Shown: positions 39,803-51,522 of the stretch, in pieces
Layout: the number at the start of each line of letters is the position of its first letter
How positions within the stretch are numbered: position 1 is the stretch's first letter
DNA from: Blepharisma stoltei ATCC 30299
Lineage: Eukaryota > Protista > Ciliophora
DNA: 64,000 bases
Assembly: GCA_965603825.1 (NCBI GenBank)
Contig: CBFDEM010000035.1
Span: 496,001 to 560,000, forward strand
Direction: 5' to 3'
Program-made: the position numbers and the translations under genes
The notes under the pieces: generated by a model
Database searches by the model: none
The model's input: the letters and a program-made list of their open reading frames with translations, nothing else
What the model was told of the DNA's origin: nothing

Positions 39803-40964
39803 AAGAAAGACTAATTAAATTTAAAAAGATAAATTGTTCATTATTTAAAATCAGAAATTCATTGATTTATGAGCTTATAATTCTTTGTATCATAAAAAAT
39901 CATGCAATTTTCAATATTTAGATTACCCAATTGTTTTAATTTCTATTTCTATATAAATATTTACATTCCGCTGTTATGAATATACAAGGATATCAAATTA
40001 GTATCATGTACGAAGAGTTTTAATATGATTGTCCACCTATAATTTTGCTAAAGAAAATTTCATTAACTGAAATAGCCGATAGCCATATAAGTATTAATTG
40101 GATAATTATATCTCAGACAAATAGGTTAACTCGATCTAATAATATAAAAACTTATATCTGATAGTTCATACATCGCTATAGATAGTCTTCTAAAAATGTA
40201 ACCGTTATAATGAAGCTCGGTTCTTTCGCTTATAGAAATGTCCTAATTTTAAATAGAATAAAATTAGTTTATTCAGATAAATTGATGCAAAGACTTGTGA
40301 GAATTCAATTTGACTTTCAAAAACTAATGAGAGTAATTATATTTTATAAAATTTATGTCTTTAGAATGTAAGCATTCTTAAAGCTAATAAAATAAGCTTA
40401 AGAATCGTTTATATTAGTATTAATTATATCAAAAAATTTTTTAATTCGTTCATTGAAGGCTTTTTCTGACTATAAATTTGATTACTGCTCATGAAGGCTT
40501 GATGCTCTGTAATTGATTTTGGAGAGTAACCATTTTAAAGCCTCTTGAATTATAATAATAAATTATTATTAAAAATTGACTAATGAGTTTGCAGAGGCTT
40601 AGAAGAAAAAGAGATTGAATGCAATTAATTATAACAATCATTGATTAATAATTTCTTTGTCCCATCAAATAGACATAATTTTTGAAATTAATCGATTCTT
40701 AATATAATGATAACTTTATTTTTATGATACTTACAAAGAGTTTAATTTCTTTATGTTTATATATAATTTTTTTTCAAAGTAGCGAAATTCTTTATTTTTA
40801 CAATTATTTCTTTTTGATTTCCTTGATTTTTAGCTTAAAAAGCCCATAGAATTTTGCTAGCTGCCATATTTATTCCACTCTTTGCCATTTATTCCACTTT
40901 TTAACAAATTTATGACATTTTTAGCTTGAACATATATAAATATAAATAAGCATTACTTATAGAG

Positions 40965-41924
40965 ATGAGCTTTAATCCTGATATAAATGATCCCACAGAA
41001 ATGAATAATTATTTAAGTGGAAAAGAAACAGAACTGTCAAGCATAGACCTTGAAATTACATGCTCTACAATTGAAAACTCAATGAGAAAGAGAAAAACTA
41101 CAGAGTCTAAGAAGAGCATATACTCTGCAATGGAAAACCCAAGGAGAAAGAGAAAAACTAAAGAGTCTAAGAAGAGCAAGAGAGTTGGATCTTCGATGTA
41201 TAAACGTGAAGCTTTAATGTTGCAATTATTTAGAAGAAATAAGAAAGAAATGCCCCCTAAAAAAGAATATCTTAGATGCAGATTAATAAGAGGGCAAAAG
41301 CGCTTTATAAGGAAAAGCCTGAAAAAAATGGCTCCTTTGAAAGGATTTGATAGAGTATTACTAGAAAATAGCAAATCTAAGAGCGCATATGAGTCTTCAC
41401 TAGAGGTCTGTAACAGAGATCGAGAAGAAATGGAAAGAATTTCAGATACAATGAATGGCCCTAAAACTGATGGTAAAAGTAAACGATCTAAAAAATCAGG
41501 CCATGAAGAACCACAAAACTCATTTAATGATACCTTTTGTCAAAATTATTTTGAAGACTCAAATATTAAGGAGCATTTTTACTATTATAATGAAATTTTA
41601 TTTGCTGATTTTGAAAGCAAAAGTCTGTGCGAAAGATTTGATTTTAAATGCTGCGAAGGAGAACATAAAGACTCCTGCAAAAGCAAATGGAAATTGATGA
41701 AAATTTTTACCAGCTACTATATGCTGAAAATAATAGGAGTTGATCCTTGGTTTCCTAAAGGTCATGAACTTGAACTTAGTCAAGATGAGATAGAAAAGCT
41801 TTTGGATATTGAAATCTCCAAACTAGGAATTTCAACTGAAGAAATCTCCAAACAAGAAATTTCAACTGAAGAAATCCCCAAAGGAATTTCAACTGACGAA
41901 ATCTCGCAATATTTCTTTAAATAG
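40965..41924 (+). CDS. Unknown-family basic Cys/His protein, paralog 2, 319 aa
   Basis: Paralog of 38840-39802 with internal coding repeats. Confidence 0.85.
   Translation: MSFNPDINDPTEMNNYLSGKETELSSIDLEITCSTIENSMRKRKTTESKKSIYSAMENPRRKRKTKESKKSKRVGSSMYKREALMLQLFRRNKKEMPPKKEYLRCRLIRGQKRFIRKSLKKMAPLKGFDRVLLENSKSKSAYESSLEVCNRDREEMERISDTMNGPKTDGKSKRSKKSGHEEPQNSFNDTFCQNYFEDSNIKEHFYYYNEILFADFESKSLCERFDFKCCEGEHKDSCKSKWKLMKIFTSYYMLKIIGVDPWFPKGHELELSQDEIEKLLDIEISKLGISTEEISKQEISTEEIPKGISTDEISQYFFK
41073..41178 (+). repeat. 60-bp-period coding duplication (ENxxRKRKTxESKKS x2)
   Basis: GAGAAAGAGAAAAACTAxAGAGTCTAAGAAGAGCA occurs twice, 60 nt apart. Confidence 0.85.
41811..41905 (+). repeat. ~30-bp coding tandem repeat (EISKxxISTE x3)
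   Basis: GAAATCTCCAAACTAGGAATTTCAACTGAA plus two variant copies. Confidence 0.85.
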
Positions 41925-41997
41925 AAGGGATAATAATTAATTTAATCTCTTCATTTACTAACTATATTAAAAGAAATGGAAACAATTAAAAAAAATA

Positions 41998-42480
41998 ATG
42001 GCGGCTTTTCCTACAAATTTAAGAGATGCACTAATTATTCAAGCTCAGAAAGAAAGTGATGCTTACCTTTTATACATGCAAGGATCAGCGTGGTTTGGCG
42101 TAAGACATCTCACCGGGATTGCCAAAAAATTGCGCTCTGAAGCAAACGATGAAAGAACTCATTTTGAAAGTATCATTGACTATTTGACACTAAGAGATCA
42201 GCATATTCATTTAGTAGGGAGCCAAATGATGGAGCTTAATTGGTCAGACGAAGCATCTGTATTTGAATTTTTTTTAAATTTAGAGAGGGGGAACACAAAA
42301 AGTATTAGTGAAGTCTACGCGTTAGCAAGACAAGTAGGAGAGTATGACACAGAAAAATTCTTGTCAGACATGCTTTCGAAGCAGATACAGTCCACAAATG
42401 AATGGGAAGGACTTTTTGAAAGGCTTAAATCATTTACACAGCTACCAGGCTTGATATGGCATTTGGATAGCCTATTTTAG
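41998..42480 (+). CDS. Ferritin, bacterial FtnA-type spacing, 160 aa
   Basis: QKESDAYLLYMQGSAWF..HLTGIAKKLRSEANDERTH..IIDYL, NLERGNT..I.EVY.LA...GEYDTEKFL. Confidence 0.85.
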   Translation: MAAFPTNLRDALIIQAQKESDAYLLYMQGSAWFGVRHLTGIAKKLRSEANDERTHFESIIDYLTLRDQHIHLVGSQMMELNWSDEASVFEFFLNLERGNTKSISEVYALARQVGEYDTEKFLSDMLSKQIQSTNEWEGLFERLKSFTQLPGLIWHLDSLF

Positions 42481-42950
42481 ATTTTAATTTATTTGCTTAA
42501 TTAAGTTTAGAGCCTAATTCAGTAAGTCTATATGTTCAGCAGCCATTGAATTCAATCAAAGTGCCTTATAGCCTTGCTATTTTATGTCTAATCAAAGCTA
42601 AGAGCTGCTTCTTCACAAAATGGGATTATAGATGGTATATTAATCATTCATGGTAATTCTGATAAATTAAATTTTAAAAAAGGAGATATTTAAATCTGAT
42701 AGGAAACATAAAATTTATTTATAAAAGAAATTTACATTTAATTTTTACAAAAATTTGATTAGCACCCTATCAAAAGTTTAGTTAAAATAGCAAACTAACC
42801 AGCTTATATGCACAATAAAAATTATAGAATAATTAAGCAAAAATCTTCAATCAGTATTTAAAATAAACAAATCCTTAATAGCCTTCATATAGCATGCTAA
42901 TTTCAATTCCCAAAGGCCACGCTAAATTAATTCTTTATTCAATTATAAAT

Positions 42951-45900
42951 ATGTCAATCAAACCTCAAGCTCCTAATAATCCAAATAAAACCGGAAATGT
43001 CACAAGGGTAAGATATAGATCTCCATCAAGGCAGTCTCGAGCATCTCCACACGGGACTTCTACAATAAGAAAAAGATTCACGCCAAGTGTGAATAAAACT
43101 TTTTCTCCATATGATGATATATCAATAGTAAAAAATCGAAGCACATCAGCTGATCGGCATCGATATAGCGCTACTGCAGAGCCAGGAAAGCTAAGAACAG
43201 GCACTTTTAGAGCCACAAGCCGACTGTCTAACTTTTTAGAAGAAAAAGAAGCCCAGTTGGAGCATGCCAAATTTTTATTGAAAAATGGGATGCATAAAGA
43301 AGCTATTCAATCTTTTGAAGAAATTCTTAAAAACGATAAAGGGAGTTTAGACGCTTTATATGGCAGAGGTGTTTGCTATATGCATCTAAATGACCACAAA
43401 ACAGCACTAGCTGATTTCCTAGCAGTTGAAAAAGAAAATTCAATGTATGATAAACAGTTATATTTAGCTTTAAGTTCCTGCTTTAGTGCTATGGGAGATA
43501 TCCCGACTTCATTAAGATATATAAGCAAAGGACTATCGAAATTTCCAAAATTCGTGGAAGGGTATATTGTTAGAGCACATATTCATATGGAGCAACAACA
43601 GTGAGAAAAAGCTTTAAGCGATTTTCAAAAAGCCCTTGGGTTTAACTCTGCTGAAATTCCAGCGGTATTTGGAATTGTCGACTGTCTGCATGCTATGGGA
43701 GACAACTCATCAGCTTTTGATTATTTAAAAATTGCTGCGTCAGTTCCTAAAGCAGCTTTGCCAGCGTTGTTGAAGAGGGCGAAATTAAATGTCGATGTAA
43801 ATCAACAGGAAGCTCTTGAGGATTTTGATAAATATTTGTCACATTGTCCTGAAGACTCTGAAGGCTACTTTGAAAAAGCTCAACTTTTGTACTCTTTAAA
43901 AGAATACCCAGAGTCTGCCTTATGCTTTGAACAAGCAATTAAATTTGACAGGGACTTCAAATATACAAGCCAGTCTGTGTTTTATTTAGGAGCTATCAAA
44001 ATCAGAGAAAAAGACTTTTATGGAGCTTTATACACATTTAAAAGGTCAAATGGGCTCAAGGAAATGAAGCAGCAGACGATCTTAAGGAACTACGCAGAAG
44101 CAGTAATATGTATGATGAAAAGAAAATACAAAGAAGGAATTGCTATGTTTTCCAAACTGATCAAAAAAGAGTATCCTATTTTAAAGGAATATCAAGGGAA
44201 TTGTTACTGCTATAGAGCTTATGGGTACAATGCTTTAAATCAACACGAAAATGCCCTGCATGATTTTAAAAAAGCAATGCTGTATACTGATTTGGACAAA
44301 GCTTCAAAATACAATCAAAAATTATCACAAGGGTATCTCGCAGCATCCAAAGGTGACAATTCACAAGCTATGAATTATTTTAAAAAAGCCCACGGACATT
44401 TCCCAAAAAACCTTGAGCCACAGCTATACCAAGCTTGTTTATTAGTCCAAGAAGCCTTTAGCAGAAGCCCAATTTCCCAAACTAGCTTAACAGAAGCAGA
44501 ATCTCTTATCGACAGAGGCACAAGGGCAAGAGAAATCGAAAGTGAGGCATATTTCTTTAGGTCAGTAATTAAATATTTAACAGGGAAATTCAAAGAAGCC
44601 TTTGAAGACGCAAAAACTACCATTGAAAAAGCTGAAGACAATCACGATAACCATTATATAATAAGAGGACTTATCCATGCCTCTTTAAAAATGTATAAAG
44701 AAGCAATTCAGGACTTTCGAGTAGCCCAGCAGCTAAGTGAAGAATTAGGATATTTATATTCATATAGAGGACGATGCTCTTATCTTATGGGTGACACCAA
44801 TTTAGCGTTTTCTGACTTTCAAAAACTTATGCTGGCTTGTCCAAAGGACAAAAATGTGCATATTGAGGCTGGGAATTTTTTGATATTAACTGGACTATAT
44901 GAGGACGCATTAGATGCATTGGACAGGTCAAATAGGATTGAGCTGAATTTCGAAGCGACCTACCAAAAACTTAAATGCTATATTCTGCTTAATAAGCTAG
45001 ATGAGTCTATAAAAGAAATTGAGAGAGCACTGGCACTTAAGCCAAATAAAAAAACCATTATTTTTGATAAAGACTGTTTATTGTATATAAAAGAATTCTT
45101 ACAGCTGCCTAAAACTAAAGAAAACTTCAAAGACGCCATTGAAATTTTTACTAAATGGCTAACAAATGGTAAAGGCGACTTATATGACGAGAAATATATA
45201 TATTGGCTGAGAGGCGTATTTTATATGTACACAGAAAGCTATAGCTTGGCTTTAAGGGATTTTCAAAATGTGTTAGAAATGATACAGAACCAAGAAGTCT
45301 CCACAAATCCTGATGAAGCTATAACTGCTGAAGAAGAAAACTGTGAAATTTTATTTAATATTTCTTTATGCCACATGCAGTCTAACCAATCCCACGCTTT
45401 ACTGATTTTCCAAGATCTCTCAGAAATCCTCAATAGCAAAAATAAAGGCCAAATGTATTTTTTGTCAGCATTGGCTGAGCTTACATTAGGTAACAACACA
45501 TCTGCAGAAAAATTATTAAAAGATGCTTTTCAGTGTGACCCTGAAAGTATAGGCCCCTTTTTAACAAAGCAAACTACCACAATTCTTCCATTAAACACAA
45601 GCAATGAATTTGTAGCGAATTTCCCATTTATAATAATCCCTTTCAATAAAAAACCAGTTATACAGGTAAGGCCAGCTCTATCTTTGCCTAGAGTAAAGCT
45701 TCCAAGCTTGGATTTTAGTATTGAGTATAAGGTAAAAGATTATTTTTCTATTGAAAAAGTCATCCCTAAGCCTGAAGCTCCATGGATGAACAGAATACGT
45801 GGATCTATTCAGTTTACAGACTCAATTGTGGATATAGACTCTGATCCTTCTGATAATTCAGACGAAGAGACCAAGCCAACACTTCAAAAAGGCTCAGGGT

Positions 45901-46082
45901 CAGAAATTGAAGAAATGAGGCTGGTCAAGTCTGCGATGCCTTTAAGGCACTTTTCGTCATCTTTACGAGATAGAGATGATATTGGGCTTCTGCAGTCTAA
46001 AGATGAAGACTCTGTGTCTGAAAAGGAAAAGGCACCAGAAGATATAATCCAGCTGATTAAAGCTGTATGTAAAGCAGACTAA
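42951..46082 (+). CDS. Large TPR-repeat protein (~1043 aa)
   Basis: ORFs join through TGA 43602-43604 (EQQQ-W-EKALSDFQKAL). Many TPR motifs. ATG 42951 is preferred over upstream ATG 42894. Confidence 0.85.
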
Positions 46083-46271
46083 TTTGTGATTTTTTAATAT
46101 TAATTGTCCCTAAACCTAATGGAATATTGGGCTTCTGCAGTCTAAAGATGAAGACTCTGTGTCTGAAAAGGAAAAGGCACCAGAAGATATAATCCAGCTG
46201 ATTAAAGCTGTATGTAAAGCAGACTAATTTGTGATTTTTTAATATTAATTGTCCCTAAACCTAATGGAATA
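45979..46271. repeat. Exact 145-bp tandem duplication of the TPR gene 3' end and downstream flank
   Basis: 45979-46123 repeated at 46124-46268, with ATA at all three junctions. Confidence 0.95.
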
Positions 46272-46282
46272 ATCTTAATAAT

Positions 46283-46936
46283 ATGGACGTTCTTCAGCAG
46301 AAATTCGGAAGAAAGCCACTTCAATTCCAGCCAGAAGAATTGAATGCAGAACACATAAGTGACGAAGAGTACCAAGTCTTAAACAAAGAAGGCGGAGAAT
46401 CCATCAATGAGGCAAAATTGCTGGAAAAATTAGACTTTCTTGTAGGGACTTATTACCAGAGTTCGCTTGGGAAAGATCCAGGGGATCTTTCCTTAGAAAA
46501 GAAGCTGAAAAAAATTAAATGGGTCGATCATTTGGCAATAAAAGACCAAGAAATTGACCTTTCCATGGATGACTTGCAAAATGACTTCAAAAGAGAATTA
46601 GTCTTTTATAACACTGCTTTAGAAAATGCTAAAACAGGCATTAAACAACTTGGCGAATTGAATATTCCTATCTGGAGACCTTCAGATTTTAGAGCTGAAA
46701 TGTTCAAGACTGATGAGCATATGAAAAAAGTCCAAAATAATCTTATCCAGGCCAAAAAGAGAATTGAAATTGTTGAAAAAAGAAAAGAAGCTGTACACAA
46801 AAAGAAATTTTCCAATAATGCCCACAAAAAGCATGTAGAAGCAAAACAAAGGCAAGCTATTGAGAACTCAAAAAAGAAGAAAAAGATGCGGCCTGGAAAG
46901 AACAGAAGACAGAAGCAAAGGAATAACAAAAAATAA
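46283..46936 (+). CDS. EBP2: rRNA-processing protein EBP2, 217 aa
   Basis: NDFKRELVFY..AL......L....IP..RPSDF.AEMFKTDEHM.KV signature, C-terminal RPGK.RR. Confidence 0.9.
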   Translation: MDVLQQKFGRKPLQFQPEELNAEHISDEEYQVLNKEGGESINEAKLLEKLDFLVGTYYQSSLGKDPGDLSLEKKLKKIKWVDHLAIKDQEIDLSMDDLQNDFKRELVFYNTALENAKTGIKQLGELNIPIWRPSDFRAEMFKTDEHMKKVQNNLIQAKKRIEIVEKRKEAVHKKKFSNNAHKKHVEAKQRQAIENSKKKKKMRPGKNRRQKQRNNKK

Positions 46937-47264
46937 ATAAACTTCTTTTCACAATTGTTAAAAATTTTATTCGTTAGAAGTTAATTAAATAGACTCTATC
47001 TTGTTGTGGATCAGGATTTTTATATTATCAAATTCTTATTGGCCTTGACAGCTGAAATTATTTTACATTTCTGGCACCACTTCTATAGTTTTTGACATCT
47101 AATATATAAAATCTTATAGAATTAACCTTACTATTTTTTATCTGTGATTTAAATTTTCACACTACTTATAAAATAAAAAAATCTTCTAAAATCTTAATCC
47201 ACTCTATTAATAGTGTTTTTTGGAGTATTATTAACAGCAAAATTCTTTTATAAACCTTAAAGAA

Positions 47265-48608
47265 ATGGAAGTGAAAAGTTATAAATGGTTCCTCACTCAA
47301 TTAGTCAATAGAAAATCCCATTTGAAAATCCTAGAAGCCGGAATATGCAGGGGCGATAAGCTATCTGATTGATTTTGCACTGATCTTAACGGCGTAGTAA
47401 TAAAAAAACCAACAAGAATAATAAATCGCACTAAATATTTGCTTACTCACTTTCTGAATACTCGAGTCCCTATACTAGAGCAGTACACTCCAGATAGAGT
47501 TATCTGCTATTTATATCACACAGATGGCAAACGAATTGTCCTTGCAAAAGAAATTGTCGAGCTTGCCGACAATCAGCTTCATGGACTCCAAGTGAGAAGT
47601 ATCCATATGGCGCTGCCAACAACTAAATCTACAGATAAAATTTACAAAATAAAAGCTTGGAACGAACAAGGCGAATTACACACAGAGCTTTTGTCAGGAA
47701 AATTTACCAAGGAGTTTGGAGAAACAGTCCGTGATGTAATAGTTTCTGAAAAAGCTATGTGGCTTACAATGTATATTACAGAAACTGTATATCACACTTG
47801 TAACCAGTTTATTGAGTCATTGAAATATGATATGATTGTTGACCAAACCTCACAGCTTCACCTATTAAATATAACTGAACTGACTTTTCATAAAGAAATA
47901 GCGCCGAGTGCGAATAATGACTTTTGGCTAAGGAAGAAAACGTTTTTGAGGTCAATGCCAGAAGAGGAAACTTCAGAAGACTTGACTGATGAAGATGAGC
48001 ATGAACAAGAGCAATCACCAAAAAAAATGCCATTAATTGCTTATGTTTTAAAAGATTTCACTAAGAAAACTAGAGTTGACCAGAACAGATTTAAAATCAG
48101 TCTGGAGAGGGAGCAAAAACAAAACAGCCCAACATTTTTGAATATGATTGCAAATACAATTGATAAAGAAAGACAAAAAGCTTTTAATGCTGAGAGGATT
48201 GCGAAGAGCAGAATTGGAGCTCATAAGCAACAAAGTTTTATAAAGAGAAGGGCTTTTCATTTAAATTCCTTTAAAACTTCAAGCCGGCCATCTCCTGAAT
48301 ATCAGACTATATCGAACTTCAAAGATTTATTATTTTATTTAGAAAAAACTCGTCCAAGGAATTGAATTAAAGACAAACCAAAAGATTTGGAATTTATCCC
48401 TTGTCTAGATAAAGGAGGAATTACAACTGAAAGACACTCCACAAATGCAAGCGAATTTAGTTCCCCATCGTCAGCAGCCAGACACAGAAAAACCCAATCA
48501 ACAAATACCCTTTTAAAGCCTGGAGATGCTTTAAAGCTTTGACTTACGAAAGAAGAATCCCGTTTAAAGGCAAAACACTCCAAAGCTTCATCACCCATAC
48601 CGATTTAA
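47265..48608 (+). CDS. Hypothetical protein, 447 aa
   Basis: ATG 47265 runs in frame through three TGA=Trp codons to TAA 48606-48608. Confidence 0.75.
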
Positions 48609-48699
48609 TTGTGAATATGCTAATAATTTATATATTTTGCTTCAAATTTAATAAATTTATATCCCAGAAAAATGGTTTTTTTTACAAATATTTACATAT

Positions 48700-49420
48700 T
48701 TATATATTTATATTGGATTTATAAATTTCCAAAATTGCTTGTACAGTTTCTTGATCTGCAGCAATTTCTAAACCAAGACTTAAATATCTAGAAGCCAAAA
48801 TCAAGCATGCTGCAGCCACATTCTCTGCATTTTTGTAAAGAAAAATCGGTACCCTAAAGCTGTCATTCGCAAAATTGTTAGCGATTTTCAGCAAATCCTG
48901 CTTTTGATACACATTTAACTCAAGATTTGACACAAAGCTTGAAATAAATGAATAGGGTAGAGGGATTTCCACATTAAAGCATAAAGCTTCAAGTACAGCA
49001 AACTCACATTGAAGGATGCTCTGTTTCAATCCAGCTAACATTGAGTCTGATAGAGGAGGGACTTGAAGCCTTGGGTTAAGAATTTTTCGAATTTCTGATC
49101 TTTCTTCATAGAATTTCCTACACAAAATGTCAATTGGCCTTGTCAGTTCAAGGGTTTTTGATGAGAGAAAAAGGCATGCCCCTGCGATTAAGAGGTTGTC
49201 ATATTTTAGGTGGCTGTTATTAATTGTAAACTAGAGTAGAACTTACTGTGTGAAAATAGGTTTGAGCAGTGGCGACACATGATTGTGAGAGCCGGAGCTT
49301 GATGGCCAAGCTTCTTATGAATAGAAGGGATTGGATTAAAGGATCGGACGTCGGCTTGAAATTATCAAGTCTTGGCTCCATCAAACATGGAAGAGTTGTA
49401 TCTGATCTCATAAGTTCCAT
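48700..49420 (-). CDS. Transcriptional-type cyclin (K/T/L-like), 234 aa; intron 49231-49246
   Basis: FIRSLAIKLRLSQSCVATAQTYFH.F...LIAGACLFLSSK..E and ILQCEFAVLEALCFNVEIPLPY. Confidence 0.85.
49231..49246 (-). other. 16-nt intron
   Basis: GTAAGTTCTACTCTAG; removal restores the cyclin box frame. Confidence 0.85.
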
Positions 49421-49852
49421 TTATCTATTATTAGTATTTGGAACGAAGGAGAGAAACTTCTTATATTTGGTTGAAACAGATTTAGATATTTAGAATTGGA
49501 TGATTTGTTTGAAACTTATGAATTTATAGCTTACGCTTTTTTCTTTGGCATAAATAAACTATGAAAGTATTTAAGCCATTAATTTTGAAAATTATCATTG
49601 TTAATAGCTTTGGAAAAAGCAAAAACATGTAATTGGATTCATAATAAAAATTATATATATAGATTACAAACTAAAACTTCAAATAATTAGTAAATTTTAG
49701 CATGCTTCAACCATTTTATTCATAATTTTCTTTTGTTTTCTCTATAACCTTATTAAATTACTCATTTCTTAGTATGTCTATAGTGAATAAAAGAATTAAA
49801 TTTGGCACTTAAGAATTATTTGCTTGAATCCTAATAATTAATTAAGCTAAAC

Positions 49853-50293
49853 TTATTCTTTCTTCTCTTTTTCCTCCTTTTCTCCACATATCAATAATAA
49901 TCCTGCTATCCACCCAAAATTCAACAGATTTTGCACAATATTAATATTTCTCTCTGCACCTGTATATAGCCAAGGATTATGTATGACGACATTGAATGAT
50001 AATAAAAGCAGGGACAAAAGATAAGCTCCGATTCTGACATTTGAAACAAAGAGGATTCCTCCTAGCACCATCAACGCTGCTGTTAATTGAATAAGAGCGT
50101 GAACTTGAAGTCCAAGGAGAGCTGGAGAAATTGGAAGATTGAAACCTGAAAGTGCAAAAAATTCTTTATATAGACTCGTGTAGCTACCCAGCAGCATTGC
50201 TTCATGAGATGCTGGCTCGGTGAATTTCATAGCTGCAGACATAAAAAAGAACATTGCTACAAGAAATCGCCCAAAAAGACTCTTGAAGGCCAT
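49853..50293 (-). CDS. DoxX/HR-lesion-inducing-like membrane protein, paralog 1
   Basis: GRFLVAMFFFMSA..KF, GAYLL, VIHNP; four hydrophobic segments. Confidence 0.7.
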   Translation of the reverse strand: MAFKSLFGRFLVAMFFFMSAAMKFTEPASHEAMLLGSYTSLYKEFFALSGFNLPISPALLGLQVHALIQLTAALMVLGGILFVSNVRIGAYLLSLLLLSFNVVIHNPWLYTGAERNINIVQNLLNFGWIAGLLLICGEKEEKEKKE

Positions 50294-50814
50294 TTTATTG
50301 TAATATTTAGGTTTTGGTTTATTATTTAGAAAGAAATAAATATTAAGAAAAGAAATATAAAATGTAATAAATTATGGATTTGAAGTTAAATATTAGAAAC
50401 TTATGAGAAATCAACTACAATAAACACGATTTTTGAAACACGTAATTTCTTTTTAGAAATTTCGTTCATGCTCTCATTTAATAAACTGTGAGGTACTAAT
50501 TTAATGAGTATATATTTCATACTTTATTCATCTAATTTTAATTATAAATTACAGTAAGTTTTTAATTAATTAGAATTATTCTTAGGGGCTCTTATTTATT
50601 AAGTCTAATCTTCTTTCAAGATGATTTCAAGCATATCCTTTATCAAATTATCTTTAAAGGAGAAACTAATATCTAAATCACTTATGACAGAATCATAATT
50701 TTCTTTTGAATAGCATCCTATTTCAAAGTTCTATATTTCATAAGGGATAATTTCCTAGATAATTTATTAATAAACAGCAGCCAAGTAGCTCAATAAAATT
50801 ATTTTTACTAATCT

Positions 50815-51264
50815 CTAAGATGTCTTGACTTTTGCAATTTCTTCTTCAACACCGCTTACCAAGAATAGAGCTGCCATCCACCCAAAATTGAGTAAAAGCT
50901 GCATTGTATTTGTTTCTCTTTCTTCTGGAGCACTCAAGAGAGCAGGGTTGTGAATTACTACATTATAAGATAGAAGAATCAGAGCCAAAAGATATGAGCC
51001 ATATTTGTTTCCAACTAATACAAGTACACTGCCAATAACTTGCAAGACAGCTGCTAAAAGGATAATAAATCTTGAATTCAGCTCAATAAAAGTTGGGCTT
51101 AAAGGTAAATAAACCCCTGTAATACTGGAAATTTTTGAAAAAAAGTTGTTGTATCCTCCTATAAGCATTTGTTCGTACATTGCGGAGTCATTAAATTTCT
51201 GAAGGCTTGACAGCAAAAAGAATACGACAACTAGGAATTTTGCAGCTAAAATCTTTCCCGACAT
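50815..51264 (-). CDS. DoxX/HR-lesion-inducing-like membrane protein, paralog 2
   Basis: Tandem paralog sharing NVVIHNP and LLNFGW. Confidence 0.7.
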   Translation of the reverse strand: MSGKILAAKFLVVVFFLLSSLQKFNDSAMYEQMLIGGYNNFFSKISSITGVYLPLSPTFIELNSRFIILLAAVLQVIGSVLVLVGNKYGSYLLALILLSYNVVIHNPALLSAPEERETNTMQLLLNFGWMAALFLVSGVEEEIAKVKTS

Positions 51265-51522
51265 ATTTTTTCTTATCTTATAAATATGATACCAGATAAG
51301 TAAAGTTTGAATAGTAAAAATATGAGAATTGATAAAGGGTTCTTTTATTCGCTAAGAATTTATATAAGTTAATAAGATTCATTAGAAACTTAAAATTTTT
51401 ATAAAAATTGCAAAGAAAATGATTTAGACTTAATCAGATTTTATATTTTTTAGGGTAAAGATAATTCTATTAGACTCTATGCAAAAATTCTATTTATCAA
51501 AAAATATGAAATTTATTATTAA

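Noticed and set aside
41976-41997. Out-of-frame ATG upstream of ferritin as a regulatory uORF or iron-responsive element
   Set aside because: There is no IRE-like stem-loop. It may lie outside the short 5' UTR or reflect an A-run error.
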